64,000 bases of DNA from an uncultured candidatus Brocadiaceae bacterium (GTDB lineage Bacteria; Planctomycetota; UBA1135; UBA2386). The stretch is from positions 83,988 through 147,987 of the forward strand of contig CAZIZN010000004.1 in NCBI GenBank assembly GCA_964543795.1, given 5' to 3'. Position 1 is the first letter of the stretch. Each line of letters opens with the position of its first letter. The notes below the pieces were generated by a model. That model was not told where the DNA came from and ran no database searches. It saw only the letters and a list, made by a program, of their open reading frames with translations. Below are positions 9,034 to 17,800 of this stretch, one piece after another. Made by a program: the position numbers and the translations under genes.

Positions 9034-10020
9034 ATGGCCGCAGGCCCGACCCGAACCGAACCGCAGCCGCAGGAATCCCAGGTCGTCCTGGTGATGAACC
9101 ACGGCCGCGACGCGCTCGGCGACCTCTGCGCGGCGATGGCGCAGGGCGGCTACGAGGTCCACGTCGGCGATTCGCTGGCGCAGAGCCACCGCATCCTGGG
9201 CCGCATCCGGCCCGACGTGGTCGTGCTGAACCCGCTGGTCCTGTGTGCCGGCGGCGTCGAACTCGAACTGCTCGAGAACCTGCAGCGCGACGACGACCCC
9301 GTGCCCGTGATCCTGCTCGTCGACGATCTGGGCGTGCTCGCCGAGGCCAGGCAGATGCGCCTGCCGTTCCGCGACTTCGTGCTCAAGCCGTACTCGGCGG
9401 CCGAGTGCGTGCATCGCGTGGAGCTGGCGCTCTCGACCCGCACCCGGATCCGCGGCCTGCAGGTCCGGGCGCGCCAGCTCGAGAGCCAGGTCAGCGTCGA
9501 CTTCAAGACGGGACTGCTCTCCGAGTTCTACTACAAGCGCATCCTCGCCCTCGAGTGGAAGCGCGCACAGCGCCATCAGAACCCGCTCTCGCTGCTGCTC
9601 GTCGATGTCGACAACTTCAAGAGCGTCAACGACACGACCGAGTACGCGTTCGGCGACGAGGTGCTGTCCCGCGTGGCCGAAGCACTCAAGGCGAACGTGC
9701 GCGAGACGGACTTCGCCGCGCGCTGCGGCGGCGACGAGTTCTCCGTCCTGCTGCCGCAGACCAGCCCCGCCGAGGCCGTGCAGACCGCGCTGCGCATCCG
9801 CCAGCGCATCTCCGGCATGAGCGTGCAGAGCGGCGGCTACGAACGACAGGTCACGGTGTCGATCGGCGTCGACAGCTTCGACGGCCGGTCGCCGGGCACC
9901 GTCGACTCCCTGCGGCGCAACGCCAACCGCGCGCTGCACGAGGCCAAACGCCGCGGCAAGAACCAGGTCTGGCTGTTCACGGGCAAGGAAGCCGAGGCGC
10001 AGAGCGTGCAGCGCGGCTGA
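9034..10020 (+). CDS. Diguanylate cyclase: degenerate receiver domain plus GGDEF domain
   Basis: ATG at 9034 in ORF 8872..10020. REC-like fold with conserved VLKPY Lys. The acidic pocket is lost (MNH for DD) and the phospho-acceptor position is Asn (VVVLNPLV, codon 9229..9231). GGDEF is intact (RCGGDEFSVLL), with an RETD I-site 5 residues upstream. Confidence 0.85.
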   Translation: MAAGPTRTEPQPQESQVVLVMNHGRDALGDLCAAMAQGGYEVHVGDSLAQSHRILGRIRPDVVVLNPLVLCAGGVELELLENLQRDDDPVPVILLVDDLGVLAEARQMRLPFRDFVLKPYSAAECVHRVELALSTRTRIRGLQVRARQLESQVSVDFKTGLLSEFYYKRILALEWKRAQRHQNPLSLLLVDVDNFKSVNDTTEYAFGDEVLSRVAEALKANVRETDFAARCGGDEFSVLLPQTSPAEAVQTALRIRQRISGMSVQSGGYERQVTVSIGVDSFDGRSPGTVDSLRRNANRALHEAKRRGKNQVWLFTGKEAEAQSVQRG

Positions 10021-10029
10021 TGCCGCGCC

Positions 10030-10089
10030 CTGCGGGGCACCGGCCTGCGGAACACCGGCCTACGGGGCACCGGCCTACGGGGCACCGGC
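10030..10089. repeat. Four tandem 15-bp units (CTRCGGRRCACCGGC) at the convergent ends of the GGDEF and histidine-kinase genes
   Basis: Units at 10030, 10045, 10060 and 10075 were read directly. The last unit encodes the kinase C-terminus AGAP-stop on the minus strand. Confidence 0.9.
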
Positions 10090-11550
10090 CGCCGGCAATT
10101 CGATGTGCACGCGGAAACCGGCGCCGGGCCGCGAGTCCACGCCGATCGTGCCGCCGTGGTTGTGCACGATCGAGTAGCAGATGAAGAGGCCGAGCCCGCT
10201 CGCGTCGGGCCGCTCCTTCTTGCTGAAGAAGGGATCGAACACGTGGCCGAGATCGCGCGGATCCATGCCGGGGCCGTCGTCCTCGCACTCGATCAGCAGC
10301 TTGCCGTCCCCGGCCCACGCCCGCACGGCGATCGAGCCGCCGCGCCCCTTCGACTCCAGCGCGTCGAGGGCGTTGAGCAGCAGGTTCAGCACCACCTGCT
10401 GGATCTCGTGCGCGTCGCCGGCGACCGCCGGCAGATCCGGCGCGACGTCGACCCGCAGCGTCACGCCGCTCTGCTGCACGCGGTGCTCGACGAGCGCCAG
10501 CGCGCTGTCGATCGCCTTCCCGATCGGGAAGTTGCCGGCCGCGACGGCGCGCGGCGAGAAGTCGAGCAGCCGGCGCGCGGTGCGGGCGATGCGCGCCAGC
10601 CCGCTCTGCACCAGTTCGAGGTAGGTGCGCTGCCGCTCGCCCAGGTTCTCGCCCTGCAGCAGCCGGTTGACCGCGTTCTGCATGCCGCCGATCGGGTTGT
10701 TGATCTCGTGCGCGACGCCGGCGGCGAGCGTGCCGATGCTCGCCAGGCGCGCGCTGAGCACGAGCGCCCGCTCCTTCTGCTTCTGCTCCTCGACCGCGGC
10801 GCGCACCTCGGACTGCAGCAGCGCGGTGTGACCCTGCACTTGCGAGGCCATGCGATTGAACGTCGCCACCACGGGCCCCAGTTCGCCGAGGCGTTCGGAG
10901 GCCGGCAGGCGCACCTCGTAGCGGCCGGCGGCGACCTGTTCGGCCGCGCTGCCGATCTTCTGCAGCGGCAGCGTCACCGTGCGCCGCACGAAGAACACCA
11001 GCAGGAGCCCGAACAGGGCCGTGCTGACGAGGATCGCACCGAACGCCGCCCAGAGCAGCGGCGCGGTCGGCGACGACTCCGGGTGGCGCGGCACGAACCA
11101 CAGATAGCCCGCGATCTCGCTGCCCTGCCGCAGGCAGTAGCAGTAGCCGCCGGCGACCGGCAGCATGCCCGTCTGGGTGGCGGATCGCTCCATGCCGGCG
11201 AGGATCGCGGCGCGCGGGAAGCGGTCGGGGTCGCGGTGCACGGCGCCGCGCGGGTTCAGATAGATCAGGTTCTCGTAGCCGGGGCGGCCGCTGGTCACGA
11301 TCACGTCCTCGTAGACCTCGCGGATCTCCGGGCTCAGCACCAGGGGCCGGACCTGCCGCGGACTGCTGAGCGCCTCGGGCACGTAGATGCGCTCGAGCAG
11401 CGACAGCGAATCGAGCACCGGCTCGAGCAGGTTGTTGCGCTCGCGGCGGAACCAGTCCTCCTGGGACAGGTAGACGACGACCTGGACGACGCCGACCGTG
11501 AGCAGGTTCAGCAGCAGCGAGACCAGCAGGATCCGCCAGGTCAGCGACAA
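10075..11550 (-). CDS. Sensor histidine kinase (2 TM, periplasmic domain, HAMP, HisKA, HATPase)
   Basis: TTG start at 11550, 4 nt after the gspF-like stop. H-box HEINNPIGGM, N-box LLNLLLNALDAL, G1 DDGPGM, G2 GLGLFI. Confidence 0.85.
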   Translation of the reverse strand: MSLTWRILLVSLLLNLLTVGVVQVVVYLSQEDWFRRERNNLLEPVLDSLSLLERIYVPEALSSPRQVRPLVLSPEIREVYEDVIVTSGRPGYENLIYLNPRGAVHRDPDRFPRAAILAGMERSATQTGMLPVAGGYCYCLRQGSEIAGYLWFVPRHPESSPTAPLLWAAFGAILVSTALFGLLLVFFVRRTVTLPLQKIGSAAEQVAAGRYEVRLPASERLGELGPVVATFNRMASQVQGHTALLQSEVRAAVEEQKQKERALVLSARLASIGTLAAGVAHEINNPIGGMQNAVNRLLQGENLGERQRTYLELVQSGLARIARTARRLLDFSPRAVAAGNFPIGKAIDSALALVEHRVQQSGVTLRVDVAPDLPAVAGDAHEIQQVVLNLLLNALDALESKGRGGSIAVRAWAGDGKLLIECEDDGPGMDPRDLGHVFDPFFSKKERPDASGLGLFICYSIVHNHGGTIGVDSRPGAGFRVHIELPAAGAP

Positions 11551-11554
11551 GGGT

Positions 11555-12715
11555 TCACTTCCGGCTCATGGTCTGCATCATCGTGAGCAAGGGCATGAAC
11601 AGCGCGAACACGATGAAGCCGACGATCACGGCGAGCACGACGAGCAGGATGGGCTCGATCACCTTGAAGGCGGTCTCGATCGTGCGGTCGACCTCGGTCT
11701 CGTAGCGGTCGGCGACCTTGTTGAGCATGCGGTCGAGTTCGCCGGTCTGCTCGCCGACGTCGACCATGTTGACGACGATGTCGTCGAACATGCCGCTCTC
11801 GCCCATCGGCACCGCGAACCCGGCACCCTCGCGGATCGAACCCTGCACGTCCGCCACCGCCGCCTGCATGTGCACGTTCGCGGTCGATGCACGCAGGATG
11901 TCGAGCGCCTCGAGGTGCGGCACGCCGCTCTGGATCAGCGTGCCGAACGTGCGCGCGAAGCGGGCGACGAGGCTCTTGTGCACGAGCGGCCCGAACACCG
12001 GGACCCGCAGTGCCGTGCGGTGCACGAAGCTGCGGTAGCCAAGGACCTTGGCGACCAGCACCCGGTGCAGCGCGATCAGCAGCACGACCGACAGCAGGTA
12101 GATCCACCACCAGAACTTCAGGTGGTCGCCGAGATCGATCACGGTCTGCGTGGTCCAGTGCAGCGAGCCCTTGCCGCCCATGCTCTCGAAGACCGAGCGG
12201 AACTTCGGGATCACGAACGCGAACACGAGCATCAGCACGATCAAGGCCACCGACAGGATCGCGACCGGATAGGCCATCGCACCCTTGACGCGCGCCTTGA
12301 TCGTCTCGCTCTGCTCGAGGAAGCCGCTGAGGCGGTTGAGGATCTGCTCCTGCACGCCGCCGGCCTCGCCGGCGCGCACCATGTTCGTGTAGAGCGCGTC
12401 GAACACGACGTCGTGCTTCTGCATCGCCTCGGACAGCGCCGTGCCGCCCTCGACGTCCTCGACGAGCGACGCGGCGATGCGCTTCATCGGCCCCGGCGGC
12501 AGCTGCCCCTCGAGGATGCGCAGGCTCTTGGTGATCGGGATGCCCGCATCGAGCAGCACCGCCAGCTGGCTCGTGAACTCGGCGAGCGCCTTCGGCGTGA
12601 CCCGGCTGCGGCCGAGCGAGAACCGGCTCTCGCCGGCGGAACCGCTCGCGCGTGCGACGGCTGCCGGGGCGGCGGCCTTCGGGACGGGGAGCTTGCGCTG
12701 CAGCTTCTTGGGCAT
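11555..12715 (-). CDS. Type II secretion / type IV pilus platform protein (GspF/PilC family)
   Basis: ATG at 12715 (MPKKLQ...) in ORF 11555..13438; the upstream 241 aa are an Arg-rich shadow. Two GspF-type repeats (LAEFTSQLAVLLDAGIPITKSLRIL; VARFARTFGTLIQSGVPHLEALDIL) and 3 TM segments. An alternative ATG lies at 12739. Confidence 0.85.
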   Translation of the reverse strand: MPKKLQRKLPVPKAAAPAAVARASGSAGESRFSLGRSRVTPKALAEFTSQLAVLLDAGIPITKSLRILEGQLPPGPMKRIAASLVEDVEGGTALSEAMQKHDVVFDALYTNMVRAGEAGGVQEQILNRLSGFLEQSETIKARVKGAMAYPVAILSVALIVLMLVFAFVIPKFRSVFESMGGKGSLHWTTQTVIDLGDHLKFWWWIYLLSVVLLIALHRVLVAKVLGYRSFVHRTALRVPVFGPLVHKSLVARFARTFGTLIQSGVPHLEALDILRASTANVHMQAAVADVQGSIREGAGFAVPMGESGMFDDIVVNMVDVGEQTGELDRMLNKVADRYETEVDRTIETAFKVIEPILLVVLAVIVGFIVFALFMPLLTMMQTMSRK

Positions 12716-12870
12716 GCGGGATCGGAGGGGCCCGCGCATCGTTGCGCAGCGGCCGCACGGGAGCAACCCTCGACACCGACTCGACCCCGGCGGCGCCCGC
12801 GCGGTGGTGGCGCGTTCGGCGCCCCCGGGCGCCGGCGCGGTCCGGCGGGCACCGGCGCGGCGCCCTCGGA

Positions 12871-13776
12871 CTAGACCGCCGCCAGCGCCGCACCGAGCAT
12901 CGCCAGCAGATCGATGCCCCACAGCTCGCGCAGCGCCAGCTCGGCGCCGGCCAGGAGTGCGAGGCAGAGCAGCAGCCACGGCCATCGCGGCGCGCGCAGC
13001 GACGGCGGCGGCGGCCAGCGATCGCGGCTGCGCGGCCGCTCCTCGGCCGGCAGGTCGACGACGCTCGCCTCGGCCTCGCCGGCGACGACGTCGATCACCA
13101 CCGCCGTGGCGTTGTCGGGTCCACCGCCGTCGAGCGCGCCGAGGACCAGCGCCTCCGCGGCCGCCTGCGGCGACCCCTTCGCCGCGATGGCGGCGAACGC
13201 GACCGGCGGCACCACGCTCCAGACGCCGTCGCTGACCAGGATCCAGCGGTCGCCGGGCTGCGTTCCCAGTTCCTTCCAGTCCGCGTCCGCGTCGCTGCGA
13301 CCGCCGCCGAGCCACCGCAGCAGCACGTTGTCGGGCTCGCGTGCCGCGTGATCCTCGGTGCACTGCTCGAGCCGCCCGCGCCGCCATCGGTAGAGCCGTG
13401 TGTCGCCGACGTGGCCGACGAAGGCGCGGCCGCCGCACAACGCCAGGACCGTCATCGTCGTGCCCATCTCGCGCAGGAACGGCACCAACGTGGCCTGCTC
13501 GTGCAACCGCGCGGCCGCCGCCCGGAACCCGGCGGCGAGCCGCTCGTCGGGCGCACCGCCGCCCGGATCCAGCACGCAGGCGCCGAGCGCGCGCAGCGCC
13601 GCGCGGCTGGCCTCGGCGCCGCCCGCCGCACCGCCGATGCCGTCGGCGACGGCGCCGAGCAGCAGCGCCGCTTCGCCCTCGCCCACGGCGCCGAGCAGGA
13701 AATCGTCCTCGTTGTGCGCGCGCACCGAGCCGGTGTGCGTGGCCGAACCGACGCGGTAGCCGGGCGGCAGCCTCAC
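12871..13776 (-). CDS. PP2C-family Ser/Thr phosphatase with C-terminal TM anchor
   Basis: GTG at 13776 overlaps the upstream stop (GTGA). Motifs RAHNEDDF, AVADGIGGAAGG, LVSDGVW and GGPDNATAVVI. C-terminal hydrophobic WPWLLLCLALLAGA. Confidence 0.8.
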   Translation of the reverse strand: MRLPPGYRVGSATHTGSVRAHNEDDFLLGAVGEGEAALLLGAVADGIGGAAGGAEASRAALRALGACVLDPGGGAPDERLAAGFRAAAARLHEQATLVPFLREMGTTMTVLALCGGRAFVGHVGDTRLYRWRRGRLEQCTEDHAAREPDNVLLRWLGGGRSDADADWKELGTQPGDRWILVSDGVWSVVPPVAFAAIAAKGSPQAAAEALVLGALDGGGPDNATAVVIDVVAGEAEASVVDLPAEERPRSRDRWPPPPSLRAPRWPWLLLCLALLAGAELALRELWGIDLLAMLGAALAAV

Positions 13777-14828
13777 GGCCGCCTCGCCGCGAAGGTCGCC
13801 GAAGCCACGTTGCCGCGGATCGTGCCGACGAGCACCTGCAGCGCCGCGCCGCGCAGTTCGGCCGGCAGCGGGGCCGCGTAGCGGAACCGGTCGCCCTCGC
13901 GCCGCATCGACTCGAGCAGCGCGCGCTCGAATGCGGCCAGCACCGCGTCGTCCACCGCGGTCCCCACCGGCCGCAACCGCGCCACGCTCAGGCTCTCGCG
14001 TGCATCGACCGCGATGCCCAGCCCCTCCGGCAGGTCCGCGAGCGTGAGGCTGGCGATGCTGCGCTCGAGCAGGCGCTGTCGCACCGAGTCGCTCTTGAGG
14101 TCGCGCGCGAGGGAGAGCAGGAGGCGCCGCTGCACGACGCTGCGCACCTCGGTCGCGACCGACTCGGGATCGTCGCCGACCCAGAACGGCGGCACGATGA
14201 TCGACGTGAGGATGCCGAGGAAACTGCCGCGTTCGACGAGCGACAGGTCGATCGGGCCGCCCGGCAGCAGCGGATCGTGCAGCACCTGGCCGGTCTGCAG
14301 GTCGCGCACGGTGATCCGCAGCGTCGCGCGCGACTCGAACGTGTGGTCCGGGATGAACATGCCGATCCCGAGCAGGAACCACGTCGCGAGCGTCACCGGC
14401 CAGCGGCCGTTGATGCCCTGCTCCTCGATCGGTCCGTCCGCGAGTTCCTCCACCACCAGCAGCAGGTCGTAGCCCTGCGCACGCGCCCGTTCGAGGAACT
14501 GGCGCGCCTCGGCCGTGGTCGCCCCGGTGAGCAGCTGGTCGCGGCGCTCAGAGCGCGCGGCCGCGTCGTCGTCGATCGCGACGCGCTGGAAGACCCTGCC
14601 GCGCTGCAACACGTCGACGATCGCCGCCATCGCGATCGGCTCCGCCAGGCCGGCACCGGCGAAGGTGCCGCCGTGGCTGCGTCCCCCACCGAGTCGCGCA
14701 CCCCCCGTCACCAGCACGGCGTAGTCGAGCGGTGGCACTTCGGCGATGCCGCTCAGTTCGTCCGAGGTCGACTGACAGGCCGCCAGCAGCCCGACTGCGA
14801 GAGCGATCCACCCGCGGCAACGGTTCAT
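13773..14828 (-). CDS. Putative lipoprotein of unknown function (351 aa)
   Basis: ATG at 14828 overlaps the kinase stop (ATGA). Signal/lipobox MNRCRGWIALAVGLLAAC. Two internal hydrophobic stretches and no recognisable domain. Confidence 0.6.
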   Translation of the reverse strand: MNRCRGWIALAVGLLAACQSTSDELSGIAEVPPLDYAVLVTGGARLGGGRSHGGTFAGAGLAEPIAMAAIVDVLQRGRVFQRVAIDDDAAARSERRDQLLTGATTAEARQFLERARAQGYDLLLVVEELADGPIEEQGINGRWPVTLATWFLLGIGMFIPDHTFESRATLRITVRDLQTGQVLHDPLLPGGPIDLSLVERGSFLGILTSIIVPPFWVGDDPESVATEVRSVVQRRLLLSLARDLKSDSVRQRLLERSIASLTLADLPEGLGIAVDARESLSVARLRPVGTAVDDAVLAAFERALLESMRREGDRFRYAAPLPAELRGAALQVLVGTIRGNVASATFAARRP

Positions 14829-17800
14829 CCGCCGCCTCGCAGACGCAGGAGCAGCACCGGGCCCCCGACCAGCCGGAAGCCGGTGTGGCGCAGGCGCGGA
14901 TCGGGTCGGTCGGAGAGCAGGTCGCGGCCGTCGCGGCGCAACTGTTCGGTGCGCAGCACGCCGGGCACCGACGGCGGCAGCAGCCCGTCGCCGGCGAGCG
15001 GAATGCGGTCGCCGCGGCGGTCGAGCAGGCCGCTCTCCTCGCCCAGCCCGAGGCCCCGCACGACGCCGAACGCCCGCACCGTGCCGGCGAGGTCGGTCGG
15101 CGGTGCCGCGCCGCGCGCGAACGCGGCGCTCTTCTCGAGATGCACCGCGTGGTCGCCGATCCACTCGCGCAGCAGCAGCTCGGCGCCACCGACGTGCGGC
15201 AGATCGAACACCCACTCGCGCACGCCGAAGTCGAGGCCCGAGAACTCGCCGCCGACGGCGGCGGCGACGCGGTCGCCGGCGCGGTCGAGAAGCCCGGCCG
15301 GCACCGGCCGGCCAGCCCGCACGAACGACGCCGCGCTGCGGAACGTCGCGACGCGGATGCCCCCGCCCGCCGCCGCCGCGCCGTGGCAGGCCGGTCGGAC
15401 CGCCGCGCCGTAGGCGGCGAGTTCGAGTTCGCAGCCCATGGGCAGGCGGAACGCCTCCTCGTCGCCGACCACCAGCCGGCCGAGCAGCCGACAGCAGGCG
15501 TAGGCCTGGAAGAAGTCGACATCGGTCACCGGCGCCTCGTCGAACGCGGCCTCCGGCAGCGCCGGCAGCAGCGCCGACGGCGCGAGCCTGTCCACGCCGA
15601 GCGGATCGTCGGCGTGCACGAGCCGGTCGCCGTCGACGATCGGCCGGGCAGCCGCGAGTTCGAGCAGCGCGCGCGCCTGCCCCCACGTGAACTCACGATC
15701 CTGCAACAGCAGGTCGCCGAGGTTCCGCACGGCGGTCGCGACCTGCGGCCGGAACATCGCGCGCGGCGGCGCATCGTCCGACAACGGCTCGACGAACTCC
15801 TGTTCGGGCGCCAAGACCGGCAGCAGCCTCAGTGCGGCGAGTGCGGCGGGCAGCGTCGCGAGTTCCCCCAGCTGCAGCGGCTGCAGCGTGCTGCGGGTCG
15901 TGGCGATGCGCAACCGCAGGTCGTGCCGGCCGAGCGGCGTCGCGAGGTAGGCCTCGCACGCGCGTTCGAGGCGAGCGCCGTAGCGGTCGCGCGGCACGTC
16001 GGCGAGACCGGCCGCCGCGGCCCAGGTCGCGAACGGCAGGTCGAACCGCACGACGCAACCATCGGTCTCGGCGGTCACCGCGACCGCCGCCAGTTCGCTC
16101 TGCGCGATCCCGAGCCGGAGATCGGGCAGCTCCTCGGGGCGGTACTGCAGCGGCAGCCGAACACGCAGCCGCGCCGGCTGGCCGTGCTCGACGAGCAGCG
16201 CCTCGCCGATCGGCAGCGGCGCGCCGTCGTGCCACCAGAAGTCGGCCACCACGGCGGCCGAGCCCGCGTCCGTGGCGCGCATCGGCGCGGGCTCGTCGCC
16301 GACGAAGACGCGCACCGGCCGGCCCAGCACGTCGCGCAGTTCGAGCGCGAAGACGTTGTGCCCCGGGATCGGCAGCACCTCGGGCAGCAGCGCATCGCCG
16401 CTGTGTCTGCGCTGCGGCAACGCCAGCGGCACGAGGCGCGCGTCGCCGACCCACAGCGTCCCGCGCAGGTAGGCGAGCCATTCGGCGTCGATGCGCCAGC
16501 CCGGCCCCTCGCGCAGACCCTGCGGCGAACGGGCGAGCACGCCGGCCTGCAGGAGTCCGGTGAGGAACCGCGAACCGGCCGCGGGCACGCGCACCTCGAT
16601 CGCCGGCGGCAGGATGCGCACCGGCAGTTCGGTGCGCATCGGCGCGTCGCCCGCCGCGACGTCGGCGAAGGTGAGCACGAGGCGCGACGGCCCCGGCGCC
16701 CGGGGCGGCACGGTCAGGAGCGCCGCACCGCCCTCGCCGCGCGCGACGAGGGGCAGCGATGCGACGGCGGCATCGTCTTCGAGCGCAGCGGCGGCCAGCT
16801 CGAATCCGGCGTTGGTGTGCACGTGCACGATCGCTCCCTCGGTGCCGAACACGAGCTCGCTGCCGGCCGCGAACGGTTGCGGCCCGGCCGAGGTGAAGCG
16901 CAGGCCGAGATCCTGGTCGCGCAGCACCAGCGCGAACGAGCGTTCGCTGCGATTGCCCGCGGGATCGACCACGGCGAAGCGCACGTCGCCGCTGACCAGC
17001 GTGCCGCCGCCGGCCGCGAGCGGCACCTCGACGACCTGCCAGCCGTTCGACGCGGCGAGTTCCGCCTCGGCATGGAGCGCGCCGTCCGCCCGCGCCACCG
17101 CGAGCCGGCACCCGGGCTCCCTGTCCGAGAGCCGCAACCGGAGTCGGGCGCGACCGCCCAGGCACGGCACGTGGGGCTCGCCGTTGGGTCCGCCGACCTC
17201 GATCACGACCGGTGCGGCGACGTCGACCGCGGCGAACCGGCGCGGCACGACGGCACTCGCGTTGCCGGCGGGATCGACGGCGACGACCGCGAACTCGAAC
17301 GGGCCGGTGGGCGCTGCCCCGGGCAGGGTGACGGCGAGCGCACGGCCGCAGTCGATCTCGCCTTTCGCCCCCTCGAGCGGCACCCGCCAGTGGGCACCCG
17401 CGGGTCCGTTGACGATCGCGGCGACCTCGGCGACGCCGCCGAGGTCCTCCGCGTGCCAGGCGAGTCTCGCCCGGCCCGTGAGCAGCTCGCCGTCGCCGTT
17501 CCCGTCGATGCTCCAGCTCACGACCGGCGCATCGTCGTCGAGCCGCAGGCGAGCCGATGCCAGCGGCCCGCTGCCGGCGGCGACGAACGTCAGATCGAGG
17601 GGCCCCTGGCGACTGCCGTCGACGATCGACGCGAGCACGTCGCGCCACTGCGGCTGCGCCGACGACAGCGTGAGCCCGTCGCCGGTCGCATCGACTTCGG
17701 GGCGCAACGGCGCGCGCAGCAGCACGGCGCCGTCGCGCGACACCTCGATGCGCAGGCTCGCGGCGCGGAAGCCGCCGAAGTGGAAGCCCAGCGTGGCGAG

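Noticed and set aside
10030-10089. 15-bp repeat as a CRISPR or a regulatory iteron array
   Set aside because: The four units are contiguous with no spacers. They overlap a stop codon and lie at gene 3' ends, so a slippage-type microsatellite is the simpler description.
11555-13438. N-terminal 241-aa extension of the GspF ORF, and similar long upstream extensions of many listed ORFs (e.g. 12871..14382, 13773..15686, 25163..27727, 28144..31092, 46213..47757, 47133..48863, 47864..49996, 49069..51351)
   Set aside because: The extensions are Arg/Ala/Pro-rich and overlap the preceding genes. Internal ATG or GTG starts give family-typical N-termini and 4-nt start/stop overlaps with their neighbours.
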